A stretch of DNA of 64,000 nt from Mobula hypostoma (GCF_963921235.1 NC_086097.1:195240001-195304000), one strand, 5' to 3'. Counted from the first letter of the stretch, positions 1-12,586 are shown. The notes: generated by a model not told the origin, from the letters alone. Translations and numbers: made by a program.

Positions 1-780
1 TCCACAGATTTCAGCCAGCCATCCAACTCGGTGCAGGTTGCCTGAATGGATGTTGTGTCCCTTAAAGAGCTGTCAAAAACTTTGTCTAAGCTCTTGACTG
101 GCTTTTCTGTGATGGTTGGGATGGCTGTGCCTGTGATGCTGAACCGGAACTTGTTCTCCACCTTCCCTTTCCTCAGCACCATCGATCTTGATTTGGCAGG
201 TTTGAAACGCATCCGGGCCCACTCCACCAGCTTTTCGAGCCCTTGCAGAATCCTTCGACAGCCTGGGACTGATTCTGTAGTGAATGTGAGGTCATCCATG
301 AATGCCCTGACAGGTGGTTGCCGTTGAGCGGAATTCATTCTGGGCCCTCTGCACTCTGGTTCAGCAGACTTAGTGAGCATGTTCATGGCTAGGGAGAACA
401 GTGTCACTGAGATAGTGCACTCTGTGATGATGCCGACCTCCACCTTGTGCCAGGTTGATGTAATTGCTCCTGAAGAGACCCTCATCCTGAATTTGCTGTA
501 TTAAGCAGCGATAAGTTCTCTGATTCTGCTGGGGACGTGATATTTGGTCAGTGTGAGCTGCCAGCTCGTGCGGAATGGAGCCATATGCATTTGCCAGGTT
601 GAGCCACAACACTGACAGGTTGCCCTTGTTCTCTCTGGCCTCCCTGATGAGCTGTGTCACCACACCGATGTGCTCCAGACAGCCCGGCATCCCTGAAATG
701 CCACCCTTCTGGACTGATGTATCAATATAGGTGTTCTTTGCCAGGTAGGTGCACAGCAGGTTAGAAACTGCACTGAAGAA
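1..780 (-). mobile_element. Decayed non-LTR retrotransposon RT fragment, HERO/NeSL (R2-superfamily)-like; runs off the window start
   Basis: ORF 370..690 reads GCLEH...WLNLANAYGSIPH. Further along the minus strand, after a frameshift, PPVRAFMDDLT appears (~285-320). These motif spellings are typical of HERO-like RTs. Confidence 0.6.
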
Positions 781-796
781 TGGAAAAGATGAAATA

Positions 797-1776
797 TAGT
801 CATAGTCATACTTTATTGATCCCGGGGGAAATTGGTTTTTGTTACAGTTGCACCATAAATAATAAATAGTAATAGAGATAGTAATAGTAATATTACTATT
901 AGTAAATAGTAAATAGTAATAGTCATAGAAATAATATAGTAATAGAATAGTAATAGAAAATAGTAATAAATAGTTAAATAGTAATATGTAAATTATGCCA
1001 GTAAATTATGAAATAAGTCCAGGACCAGCCTATCGGCTCAGGGTGTCTGACCCTCCAAGGGAGGAGTTGTAAAGTTTGATGGCCACAGGCAGGAATGACT
1101 TCCTATGACGCTCTGTGCTGCATCTCGGAGGAATGAGTCTCTGGCTGAATGTACTCCTGTGCCCACCCAGTACATTATGTAGTGGATGGGAGACATTGAC
1201 CAAGATGGCATGCAACTTAGACAGCATCCTCTTTTCAGACACCACCGTGAGAGAGTCCAGTTCCATCCCCACAACATCACTGGCCTTACTAATGAGTTTG
1301 TTGATTCTGTTGGTGTCTGTTACCCTCAGCCTGCTGCCCCAGCACACAACAACCAACATGATAGCACTGGCCACTATAGACTCGTAGAACATCCTCAGCA
1401 TCGTCCAGCAGAAGTTAAAGGACCTCAGTCTCCTCAGGAAATAGAGACGGCTCTGACTCTTCTTGTAGACAGCCTCAGTGTTCTTAGACCAGTCCAGTTT
1501 ATTGTCAATTCATATCCCCAGTTATTTGTAATCCTCCACCATGTCCACACTGACCCTCTGGATGGAAACAGGGGTCACCGGTACCTTAGCTCTCCTCAGG
1601 TCTACCACCAGCTCCTTAGTCTTTTTAGTCTATTTACACATTAAGCTGCAGATAATTCCGCTCACACCATATGAAAAAGTTTCCTACCGTAGCCCTGTAC
1701 TCAACCTCACCTCCCTTGCTGATGCATCCAACTATGGCAGAGTCATCCGAAAACTTCTGAAGATAACAAGACTCTA
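797..1776 (-). mobile_element. Rex1/Babar-like LINE, 3' part (ORF C-terminus, 3' UTR, tandem tail)
   Basis: ORF 1030..1401 reads MFYESIVASAI..CWG...SFLPVAIKLYN. On the minus strand AATAAA is followed by a (TATGAC)n tail at ~797-817. The same 3' end recurs at 7050-7297. Confidence 0.7.
862..985. repeat. AT-rich degenerate (TAGTAA/TAGAAA) simple repeat expanded in the LINE 3' UTR
   Basis: Visible directly; much shorter in the sister copy at ~7113-7160. Confidence 0.7.
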
Positions 1777-2385
1777 ATATGAGGAAAAACTGGACAATAA
1801 TATAAAGCAGGATACCAAAAGTTTTTTTTCAGTTATATGAAGAGTGAAAGGGAGGTGAGAGTTGATATTGGACCACTCGAAAATGATGCTGGTGAGGTAG
1901 TAATGGGGTTCAAAGAAATGGCAGATGAACTTAATGGGTACTTTGCATCAGTCTTCACTGTGGAAGACACTAAGAGTATGCCAGAGGTCTGTGAGTGTCA
2001 GGGACACTGTGAGTACGATTGCTTATACAAAGGGAAAAGTGCTAGGCAAGCTCTAAGATCTTAAACTGGGAAGTCATCTGGAAGATTGGAAATGTTACTC
2101 CACTCTTTAAGAAGGGAGCAAGACAAAAGAAAGGAAATTACAGACCAGTTAACCTTACCGCAGTGGCTCGGAAAGTGTTGGAGTCTATTATTAAGGAACT
2201 TGGAGACTAATGATAAAATAAGTCAAAGTCAGCATGGTTTCTGGAAAGGGAAATCATACCTGAAATATCTGTTAGAGTTCTTCGAGGAAGTAACAAGCAG
2301 GATGGACAAAGAAGAAGCAGTGGATGGCACTTACCTGGATAACTGGATTTTCAGAAGGCGTTTGATAAGGTGCCACACATGAGGT
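1777..2385 (+). mobile_element. Decayed CR1 LINE ORF2 fragment
   Basis: ORFs 1837..2064 (IGPLEN..ADELNGYFASVFT) and 2086..2382 (SQHGF..LLEFFEEVT) are present, with deletions. Confidence 0.85.
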
Positions 2386-5300
2386 TCAGGGAGGTTTGTT
2401 AGTGTTATTGGGGAGGCTTTAAACTAGATTTGCAGGGGGATGAGAACCAGAGTGCCAGAGCTGACAGTGCGACTGGGGTGAAAATAAATGATGTTAAAAG
2501 TTCCAGCAAAGCTGCAAATAGAAAGGTTGTGAGTGGTGGTAAAAATCTTCTGAGGTGTATATATTTCAATGCTAGGAGTATTGCGGGGAAGGCAGACGAG
2601 TTGAGGGCGTGGATTGACACGTGGAATTACAATGTTATAGCAATTAGCGAAACTTGGCTACAGGAGGGGTAGGACTGATAGCTTAATATTCCAGGATTCC
2701 GATGTTTCAGATGTGATAGAGGCAGAGGAATGAAAGGTGGGTGGGGGAGTGTAGCATTGCTTGTTAGGGAAAATATTACAGCAGTGCTAAGGCAGGACAG
2801 ATTAGAGGGCTTGTCTACTGAGTCCTTGTGGGTGGAGCTGAGAAACAGGAAAGGTATGGCCACATTAGTGGGATTGTATTACAGACCACCCAATAGTCAG
2901 CGAGAATTGGAGGAGCAAATCAGCAGAGAGATAGCAGGCAACTGCAGGAAACATACAGTTGTGGTGGTAGAGGATTTTAATTTTCCACATATTGATTGGG
3001 ACTCCCATACTGTTAGGGGTCTAGATGGTTTAGAGTTTGTAAAATGTGTTCAGGAAAGTTTTCTAAATCAATATATAGAGGTGCCAACTAGAGGGGATGC
3101 AATATTGGATCTCCTGTTAGGAAACGAGTTAGGACAAGTGACGGAAGTGTGTGTAGGGGAGCACTTTGGTTCCAGTGATCATAACACCATTAGTTTCAAC
3201 TTGATCATGGACAAGGATAGATCTGGTCCTAGAGTTGAGGTTTTGAACTGGAAGAAGGCCAAATTTGAAGAAATGAGAAAGGATCTAAAAGCGTGGATTG
3301 GGACAGGTTGTTCTCTGGCAAGGATGTGATCGGTAAGTGGGAAGCCTTCAAAGGAGAAATTTTGAGAGTGCAGAGCTTGTATGTTCCTGTCAGGGTTAAA
3401 GGCAAAGTGAATAGGAATAAGGAATCTTGGTTCTCAAGGGATATTGCAACTCTGATAAAGAAGAAGAGAGAGTTGTATGACATGTATAGGAAACAGGGAG
3501 TAAATAAGGTGCTTGAGGAGTATAAAAAGTGCAAGAAAATACTTAAGAAGGAAATCAGGAGGGCTAAAAGAAGAAATGAGGTTGCCTTGGCAGTCAAAGT
3601 GAAGCATAATGCAAAGAGCTTTTACAGGTATACTAAGAGTAAAAGGATCGTAAGGGATAAAATTGGTCCTCTTGAAGATCAGAGTGGTCAGCTATGTGCG
3701 GAACTAAAAGAAATGGGGGAGATCTTAAACGGGTTTTTTGCATCTGTATTTACTAAGGAAACTGGCATGAAGTCTGTGGAATTAAGGGAATGAAGTAGTG
3801 AGATCATGGAAACTGTACAGATTGAAAGGAGGAGGTGCTTGCTATCTTGAGGCAAATTAAAGTGGATAAATCCCCTGGACCTGACAGTGCATTCCCTCGG
3901 ACCTTGAAGGAGACTACTGTTGAAATTGCAGGGGCCCTGGCAGATATATTTAAAATGTCGGTGTCTACGGGTGAGGTGCCGGAGGATTGGAGAATGGCTC
4001 ATGTTGTTCCGTTGTTTGAAAAGGATGGAAAAGTAATCCGGGAAATTATAGGCCAGTAAATTTGATGTTGGTAGTGGGTAAGTTATTGGAGGGAGTACTA
4101 AGAGACAGCATCTACAAGCATTTGGATTGACAGGGACTCATTAGGGAGAGTCAACATGGCTTTGTGCGTGGTAGGTCATGTTTGACCAATCTATTGGAGT
4201 TTTTCGAGGAGGTTATCAGGAAAGTGGATGAAGGGAAGGTAGTGGATGTTGTCTACATGGACTTCAGTAAGGGCTTTGACAAGGTCCCGCATGGGAGGTT
4301 AGTTAGGAAAATTCAGTCGCTAGGTATACATGGAGAGGTGGTAAATTGGATTAGACATTGGCTCAATGGAAGCAGCCAAAGAGTGGTAGTAGAGAATTGC
4401 TTCTCAGAGTGGAGGCCTGTGACTAGTGGTGTGCCATAGGGATTAGTGCTGGGTCCATTGTTATTTGTCATCTATATCAATGATCTGGATGATAATGTGG
4501 TAAATCGGATCAGCAAATTTGCTGATGAAACAAAGGTTGGAGGTGTAGTGGACAGTGAGGAAGGTTTTCAGACCCTGCAGAGGGATATGGACCAGCTGGA
4601 AAAATGGGCTGAAAAATGGCAGATGGAGTTTAATACAGACAAGTGTGAGGTATTGCATTTTGGAAGAACAAACCAAGGTAGAACATACAGGGTAAATGGT
4701 AAGGCACTGAGGAGTGCAGTAGAACAGAGGGATCTGGGAATACAGATACAAAATTCCCAAAAAGTGACATCACAGGTAGATAGGGTCGTAAAGAGAGCTT
4801 TTTGCACATTGGTCTTTATTAATCAAAATATTGAGTATAAGATCTGGAATGTTATTATGAGGTTGTGTAAGGCATTGGTGAGGCCGAATCTGGAGTATTG
4901 TGTTCAGTTTTGGTCACCAAATTACAGGAAGGATATTAATAAGGTTGAATGAATGCAGAGAAGGTTTACAAGGATGTTGCCGGGACTTGAGAAACTCAGT
5001 TACAGAGAAAGGTTGAATAGGTTAGGACTATATTCCCTGGAGCGTAGCAGAATGAGGGGAGATTTGAAAGAGGTATATAAAATTATTATGGGTATAGATA
5101 GCGTAAATGCAAGCAGGCTTTTCCCACTGAGGCAAGGGGAGAAAAAAACCAGAGGGCGTGGGTTAAGGGTGAGGGGGGAAAAGTTTAAAGGGAACATTAG
5201 GGGGTGCTTCTTCACACAGAGAGTGGTGGGAGTGTGGACTGAGCTGCCAGACGAGGTGGTAAATTCGGGTTCTTTTTTAACATTTAAGAATAAATTGGAC

Positions 5301-5433
5301 AGTTACATGGATGGGAGGTGTATGGAGGGATATGGTCTGTGTGCAGGTCAGTGGGACTAGGCAGAAAATGGTTCAGCACAGCTGAGAAAGGCCAAAAGGC
5401 CTGTTTCTGTGCTGTAGTTTTTCTATGGTTTCT
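2386..5433 (+). mobile_element. CR1 LINE (family B), 5'-truncated at the end of ORF1; full-length but disabled ORF2
   Basis: ORF1 tail GRFVSVIGEALN*; APE endonuclease motifs (FNARS, ISETW, YYRPP, SDH); RT motifs (DFSKGFDKV, SKFADE); (TTTCTATGG)n tail. ATGAGGT is duplicated at 2379-2385 and 5434-5440 (candidate target-site duplication, TSD). Confidence 0.92.
2418..2427 (+). promoter_or_regulatory. Candidate -1 ribosomal frameshift site T-TTA-AAC followed by the ORF1 stop TAG (CR1 family B)
   Basis: The ORF1 frame reads GCT TTA AAC TAG. The -1 frame reads TTT AAA CTA GAT TTG CAG, which is the ORF2 frame (ORF 2430..2672). Confidence 0.55.
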
Positions 5434-5440
5434 ATGAGGT

Positions 5441-6163
5441 GCGACACATTTTTTCCTTTTCACAATTTCTTTGAAGACCCTGACCTGGAGTTACAGTCTG
5501 ACTTCAGTTCTTTTCAGGAATGTGACCTGCTCCCAGGGCCTCACATCCAGCCGCTTTTTGATATCCCAAGGATGTGGCCTGGAAGGCTAGCATGTCTTCA
5601 GGATGCCAGATTTTCGTAGCCCTAGAGATGGGCTGATTCAAGGCTGGTGCCCTTGACTGAGGCATCATGGGAGAACATGGAACATCAGGAGCAGTGGGCC
5701 ATCTGGGTGGGCTATGTGTCCAGAGACCTGAGCCTTTCTGGGGCTGACTCTCTTGGCACAGTGCTCGGAAAAAGTAATGCAACCGACTTTTAACATCATG
5801 AATCAGCGAGTTGTTTGTTATGTCTCCCCTCTTCCTGTGAAATGGGGACATCTCTTTTTCCCTTATTAGAGAGCGAGAGAGCCTGTGGTAGGTCAAATGG
5901 TAGCCTGTGATGCTTTGCTGCACACTTGAATACTCGGTGGGAGGCACGATGCTTTTTTGCTGGTGGGGGTGGTCATTGCCTTGCTGCTGTTTGTATGTGG
6001 GAGGGGGGAGCTGGGGAGGTTCTAACATTTAACTGTCATTCATTCTTTAGGGCACTCTGTTTTCGTGGATGTTTGTGGAAAAAAAGAGAATTTCAGGATG
6101 CATATTGTATACATTTCTCTGACATTAAGTGTACCTATTAAAACCCTATTGAAACCTATTGAA
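5441..6163 (+). repeat. Unclassified non-coding interspersed repeat (SINE or LINE 3' UTR) with an (ACCTATTGAA)-type tail
   Basis: Homologous to ~19420-22155 and ~22955-23030. It ends in tandem acctatt(g)aa units and has no recognisable ORF. Confidence 0.7.
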
Positions 6164-6174
6164 TGCGAGGTGGA

Positions 6175-6560
6175 GGAGGGGACTTATTCAGACCTACCGA
6201 ATGTTGAAAGAACTAGATAGGGTGGGTGTGGAGAGGATACTTTCTATGGTGGGGATATCCAGAACTAGAGGGCACAGACTTAAAACTGAGGGGTGACCCC
6301 TTAGCCCAGAAGTAAGGAGAGGAACTTTTTTTTACCAAAGAGCAGGGAATTTGTGGAATGCCCTGCCACAGACTGCGGTGGAGACCAAGTCCATGCATAT
6401 ACTTAAGTCACAAGTTGATCGCCTCCTAATCATACAGGGCATCAAAGGATATGGTGAGAAGACAGGCATATGGAGCTGAGTAGGATTCACGATCAGCCAT
6501 GGTGGAATGGCAGTGCAGACTTGATGAGCTGAATCGCTCCTGTGTCTTATGGTCTTATGG
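6175..6560 (+). mobile_element. CR1 3' end
   Basis: Decayed ORF2 C-terminus (TRGH..., LWNALP) followed by a TCTTATGG tandem tail. Confidence 0.8.
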
Positions 6561-7049
6561 TTTTGTAGTGGCAGAGGAGCCCATGGACAGCCATGTCAGA
6601 ATGGGAATGGGAAGTCAAATTGAAATGGGTACTCTCTGAAATGTCAAACACCAAACTTCTGCTGAAATTTTGTTTAACACCTGACAACTGCCAATAGTAG
6701 AATATACAATTTATTTATTGAAACAGAGACAACTATTCAGGAAATTGAAGCAAAAATGGAGGACAGTCACTTGATTCACACTACTGCAAGTAAGAACATC
6801 AGCAAAACTAGAACACAGATTTCTTTAGATACAGTTAATCACCTCTGATGGAACTATGTATGGAGAACATATTGTAAAGTGCAATCCTTTCAATCCACAT
6901 CTGTTTTAAAATCACTCTCATATGTTCTGTCACCTAACTCCATCAGGTTCTTTATCCACAGGGAACCCAACTGTGGTACAATCAGTGTCCAACGCCCACT
7001 AGGCTTATTGCTAACTACAGCTTATCACTACAGCATGACCTTTCCAAAT

Positions 7050-7297
7050 GTCATAGTCATAGTCATACTTTATTGATCCCAGGGGAAATTGGTTTTCGTT
7101 ATAGTTGCACCATAAATAATTAAATAGTAATAAAACCATAAATAATTAAATAGTAATATGTAAATTATGCCAGGAAATAAGTCCAGGACCAGCCTATTGG
7201 CTCAGGGTGTCTGATCCTCCAAGGAAGGAGTTGTAAAGTTTGATGGAATGACTTCCTATGACGCTTTGTGTTGCTTCTCGGTGGAATGAGTCTCTGT
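7050..7297 (-). mobile_element. Rex1/Babar-like 3' end, sister of 797-1776
   Basis: Near-identical to ~798-1142, including gtcatagtcatactttattgatcc. Confidence 0.8.
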
Positions 7298-8070
7298 TCA
7301 AAACTGCTTGTGATAAAAACCAGACTTCAGTTCTTAATGTAAATTGAATGCAGTGATCTGCTTGAAGTTAATAGGACACTTGGGCTGGCTGCTAAGAGAT
7401 GTGGTTTGCAAAGTGAAGTGACCATGAGAATTCTTACCTACATCAGCCAAATGCAAGACAATGGGCCTAAGTAAATTGGCCTACATTAAACCAGGGAGCT
7501 ACAGGAAGTTGTTTGCACCATTGTCCTCAGAGCTTTTAGACAGTCTGTGTAAATTACTTTGTCCCAGCAGAGGTATCTGGAAAAAGTCTCATGTAGTTGA
7601 CGCCATCCACTAACAAAACAGCGTAAATACTGTATTAGGAAGCATTGGGAAATGATAAGGAGAATATTTGATTTCTGCAACAAATGATTTAGACCATAAG
7701 ATTAGATTAGATTAAATTAGATTCAACTTTATTGTCATTGTGCCGAGTACAGATGCAAAGCCAGTGAAATGCATTTAGCATCTGACCAGAAATGCAAAGA
7801 ATAGTGTTATCTACAAAATAACTGCAAATAAAAAAAAGTGCTACAGCACACAAATATAAAAGTACTGAGACAGTACAATACAATACTTAGCGCTGTGATG
7901 AGATGTTCAGCAGTGTCACAGCCTCAGGGAAGATGCTCTTCCTGTGCCTGCTGGTAGGGGAACGGAGGCTCCTGTAGCGCCTACCAGATGGGAGGAGAGT
8001 AAAAAGTCCATGGTTAGGGTGAGATGCAACCTTGATAATGCTTTACGCCCTGCCCAGGGAGCATTTATGG

Positions 8071-8633
8071 TAACACACATCAAAGTTGCTGGTGGACGCA
8101 GCAGGCCATGCAGCATCTATAGGAAGAGGCGCAGTCGACGTTTCAGGCCGAGACCCTTCGTCAGGACTAACTAAAGGAAGAGTGAGTAAGGGATTTGAAA
8201 GCTGGAGGGGGAGAGGGAGATGCAAAATGATAGGAGAAGACAGGAGGGGGAGGGATAGAGCCGAGAGCTGGACAGGTGATAGGCAAAAGGGGATACGAGA
8301 GGATCATGGGACAGGAGGTCCGGGAAGAAAGACGGGGGGGGGGGGGTGACCCAGAGGATGGGCAAGAGGTATATTCAGAGGGACAGAGGGAGAAAAAGGA
8401 GAGTGAGAGAAAGAATGTGTGCATAAAAATGAGTAACAGATGGGGTACGAGGGGGAGGTGGGGCCTTAGCGGAAGTTAGAGAAGTCGATGTTCATGCCAT
8501 CAGGTTGGAGGCTACCCAGACGGAATATAAGGTGTTGTTCCTCCAACCCAACAGGTTGGAGGAACAACACCTTATATTCCGTCTGGGTAGCCCAGGTTGG
8601 AGGAACAACACCTTATATTCCGTCTGGGTAGCC
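8071..8633 (-). mobile_element. Penelope-like element (family A) 3'/pseudo-LTR fragment with terminal fold-back and duplication
   Basis: Same sequence as the flanks of the GIY-YIG-coding PLEs at 46509-48638 and 50425-51392. Confidence 0.85.
8133..8170 (-). ncRNA. Minimal type I hammerhead ribozyme motif of the PLE
   Basis: The minus strand reads AGUC-CUGACGA-A-GGGU-CUCG-GCCU-GAAA-CG-UC-GACU. This contains the CUGANGA, GAAA and UH core boxes, stem I AGUC/GACU, a 4-bp stem II and a palindromic ACGU stem III. Confidence 0.75.
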
Positions 8634-9615
8634 ACAGGTCCTCACCACTGACTCAACCTGAAAGTTAACCTTCAGGGTGTTCCACACAAGGAATCCCAAG
8701 TCCCGTTACATCTCAGATTTTTGGATTTTCTCCCATTTAGAAAATAGCCTACACATTTATTTCTACTACCAAAGTGCATGACCATGCATTTTCCAACATC
8801 ATGCACTGATACTCACCCTGCTGGCTGCAATTTTGTCCTATCACCTTTCTGCCCTTCCTGACAGTCTGACTGCACACTATCTTTGCTTTTTTATGATCTG
8901 TTCTATCCTAAGTCCCTTCATTCCGGTTCCCACCCTACTAACAAATTATTTTAAACCCTCCCCAACTGCTCTAACAACCCTTTCCGCAGGAGTATTGTCC
9001 TCCTCAGGTTCAGGACTACCTGTCCTTTTTTGGTCATGAAGGAAAGCAGGGAAGAAAATATCTTATTCAATGAGTCAAGGACAGTGGAAGTTGACAAAAC
9101 AATTGTTTTCGATCTAACCTTGTGCTTGAAGGAATGGAGGCTGTCATTTTGTGAAGCTGCTCTGTAACTTCCATTTTGTGAGTTGTCTTGTCAAATGGCT
9201 TTGTACAGGAATAGCTGTATCAAAGTACTTTAAAGTGGACTTAGTGATGCTCCTGCTATTCTGTTGTTTTTTGGTAAGTTATAATAGGTATGTTTATGAA
9301 TAGGGGAAACTGTGTTTGACCTGAGTAATCCGAGTCTTGTAACTGGCTGATCTGCTCTGATTCAGAAAAAAAGAGACATTAGTTACGATTAGTTACTTGC
9401 TAAAAGGACCATAAATTGATGTTGGCTTGGACCAGAGCCAATGGGAACCTGACACATGTCAGCAACATAGGCCAGAGTCAATAAGATTAAAATACAACAT
9501 TTGAACGGATAAGGAAAGAGTACAAGAATGAGGGTCTAGGAATACAAAGAGGGGAGAACTTTGGCGACTAACTACCACAAGGAAAACCCCCATGCCAGGG
9601 GCTGGGAAAAGGAGC

Positions 9616-10400
9616 AATCAGAATCAGGTTTAATATCACTGACATATGTCTTGAGATTTGTTGTTTTGCAGCAGCAGTATATTGCAATACATAACAATAA
9701 ATACAAACTACAAGAAGTATATATTAAAAATAACATTAAATTGAATTAGTGCAAAAGGAGAGGGAAAATACTGAGGTAGTATACATGGGTTCATTGTCCA
9801 TTCATAAATCTGATGGCGGAAGGGAAGAAGCTGTTCTGGAAACATTGACTGCATGCCTTTAGGCTCTTGTAGCTCCTTCTTGATGATAGCAATGAGAGGA
9901 GGACACGTCCTGGGTGATGGGGGTCCTTAATGATGAATGCTGCCTTTTTGAGGCATTACCTTTTGAAGGTGACCTGGATGCTGGGGAGGCAAGTGCCCAT
10001 GATGAACTTGGCTGAGTTTTCAACTTTCTGCAGCCTTTTATGATTCCATGCAGTGGTCCCTCCATACCAGATGGTTATGCAACCAGTAAGAATACTCTCC
10101 ACGGTACATGTATAAAAATTTGCAGGTGTCCTCGGTAACATGCCAATTCTCCACAAACTCCTAATGAAATATAGCTGCTGTCATGCCTTCTTTGTAATTA
10201 CATCAATATGTTGGGTCCAGGATAAACGCTCAGTGATATTGACCCCCAGGAACTTGAAGCTGCTAACCCTTCCCACTTCTGATCCCTTGATGAAGATTGG
10301 TGTGTGTTCCCTTTCCTGAAGTGACATTGAGTGAAACACCACTCAATCAGCTAATACATCTCATTCCAGTACACCTACTTGTTACCATCTGATATTCTGC
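9616..10400 (-). mobile_element. Rex1/Babar-like LINE 3' part (second family)
   Basis: ORF 9956..10156 reads NFYTCTVESILTGCITIWYG; the minus strand ends in a (TGATTC)n tail at ~9617-9627. Confidence 0.7.
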
Positions 10401-11402
10401 TCTCATCCCTTATTTCAGAGTTATAAATTGGAGAAGTGGTCTGAGTGCATATTGGTACAGAGAGAGAATTCATGTTTTAAGTTGTTAGAATGGAGTGAAC
10501 ATAGTTACCTTGATGCTTGTGCAGAGACAATATAGTGTAAGCTTTGATTAATTAAGAGTTGTACGGTGGATTGCCTAACCTGTATCAGTTGATAATAGTC
10601 AACAGATTCAATCATCTGCAACTCATTGGTGTGTCCTTTTAGTTCGTAAAAATTGGACTTGTATTTGCAAAGACTTTGTAGTCTGTAATTCTTCTGTAAT
10701 TCAGAAACCTTTAAAAATCAGAAGCTCTATGTGAGTGTTAAATATGTGTTATGAGCTATTTGTCTATATTTTAACGTGCATTATTAAACATAAAATAAAC
10801 TGTTTAAACTATTCTGTTAGCTGGAATGATCTTCTCGGGAAGGAGAGGGAGACTCACTGCTCAAGCAGTGGGTATAGGCAGCTAAACCTCAGTGCAGAGA
10901 CTAGTAGGGAAATAATCCAGTCCTATAGTGAGAGTACCTATAGATATCCATGTCGAATGGAGCTTAAAATTTGAGTTTAGGGCTTTGCGGACAGGGAACC
11001 CAATACCATCACTTTAGAGCGTAAGAAATTGGATAAAGATAAAGTATTCATGGTTCTGAGGCTGCTCGACCACTCATTAAGATCACATCTGATCTGATCT
11101 TGGCATTAGTTCCTTGTTTCTACTTTATCTCCAAAACTCTCAGGTACTGGGAGATTAAAAATCTGCCTTTCACTACATGTAGTCCAGTATCCAGAAGTTG
11201 GGGATCATTGTTCTTGGACAGGCAGCCATGGGTTGTACGGAGTACATACAGTCACTTGGATCTTGTGAAAGGAATTGTGAAACTGGCAAAGGTACTTGAA
11301 AAATAGTACAAAGGTATTTAACACACAAACATGTATTTTATAATGGGACCCCTTCATAGTATGCAGCTGTTGCACTGACTACTGTGAAGTGAGTCACTTC
11401 TA

Positions 11403-11917
11403 AAGGCTGATTTATACTCCTGCATCAACTCGACGCTGTAAGTATGGCGTCGCCTCAAACCTACGCAGTGCCTACGCGGATCCCTATGCCGTAGCCTGTT
11501 GCGCACCTCTCCCAAAATGTAACTACGCGCCACGGCAACGCAGACCAAACAACTGTGATTGGTCCGCTTGGTAGCATTGCATTTCCTCCTACGCTGCAAT
11601 AGCTTCCCATTGGGCGACTGAAGGGCAGGGAAGGAAATCTGGCTGCAATGCTTTCCATAAAGCTTTACAGACCTCCGAAATTATGGAGGACACATTTCAC
11701 TTTTACGAAAAAAGATGCTCGCTTTAAACTTGTTTACCCCGAGAAAGACTACCATGACCATGAAGCCTTGCGCGGGCAGGTGTGCGCGCATGCGTGACGT
11801 GTCTGAATTGCAGAGCGATGCAGGCACACCAACGCACAAGTATAAATGCTCACAATGCACATAGGCCACTTGTGTAGGCTATGGCGTCCATTTGACGCAC
11901 AAGTATAAATCAGCCTT
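11403..11917. mobile_element. MITE with perfect 16-bp terminal inverted repeats (TIRs); PIF/Harbinger-like or TA-targeting
   Basis: aaggctgatttatact at 11403-11418 and agtataaatcagcctt at 11902-11917, with TA on both sides. The interior is CpG-rich. Confidence 0.8.
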
Positions 11918-12017
11918 TAGGAACTCTCTCTATGGCAGCCACTGCACAGTGGCAGAGAAGGCTACCATGGAAATAAAGAAAGACATGAAGGGGTGGGAAT
12001 ACAACACTCTTATGTAC

Positions 12018-12208
12018 CTGGGCCCCTCTTTCCATCTTGAGCTAACAGTCTGGCTGAATCGACACCTGCTGCATGCAGTGAATGGCATTCAGCAACTGCA
12101 AACAGGAATTGTTGACAAGAGTAGTTACATGGGTTTACAATTCCACATTTCCGACGCATTCTCTTTCAACTATCACCAGGGCATTGATGTCCTTTGACAG
12201 CTGGAAAT
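12018..12208 (-). other. Candidate host-gene exon (191 nt; 5' UTR or first coding exon)
   Basis: Acceptor ttttttctcgattgttttccag and donor CAG|gtacat, in non-repetitive sequence. An ATG at 12159 is open to the donor (MRRKCGIVNPCNYSCQQFLFAVAECH...). A strong-Kozak aagATGG near the 3' end would give MERGAQ. Confidence 0.4.
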
Positions 12209-12586
12209 CTGGAAAACAATCGAGAAAAAATTAGATTTGACAACTAGTTATTAAAAATATGTACTAAACATGACAACATTTACAATGGAAGCTAAGAACC
12301 CAAGTTTCATCAGGGTGAATGATACTTTTTTTGTTAAAAGATTCAGGTTGTTAGAATTTCTGTCCAATCCAACATGGCTTTTGATAAAGATTTGCAATTA
12401 TTATAGTGTCTTCTGCAACTGTTTCCGCATATGTCAAAATCCTTTGCAGTCTAAGTACCATAGAATGTTGGAAATGTGTCAGTTAATTTGCATCTAGCAA
12501 GCTCCCAGTAACAGCTATCTGATGAAGACCTGACCAGGCAATTTGATGTGGTAATGTTGAGTGAGTGGTGCCACAAGCACAGACTC

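Noticed and set aside
7944..8479. Recurrent short ORFs such as MLVNAAGQAASLGRG.. and THIKVAGERSRPG..
   Set aside because: These are translations of the non-coding PLE pseudo-LTR, repeated wherever the element occurs.
8552..8633. 41-bp direct repeats as a CRISPR-like array
   Set aside because: Only two abutting copies with no spacers; the sequence is PLE-derived and the context is eukaryotic.
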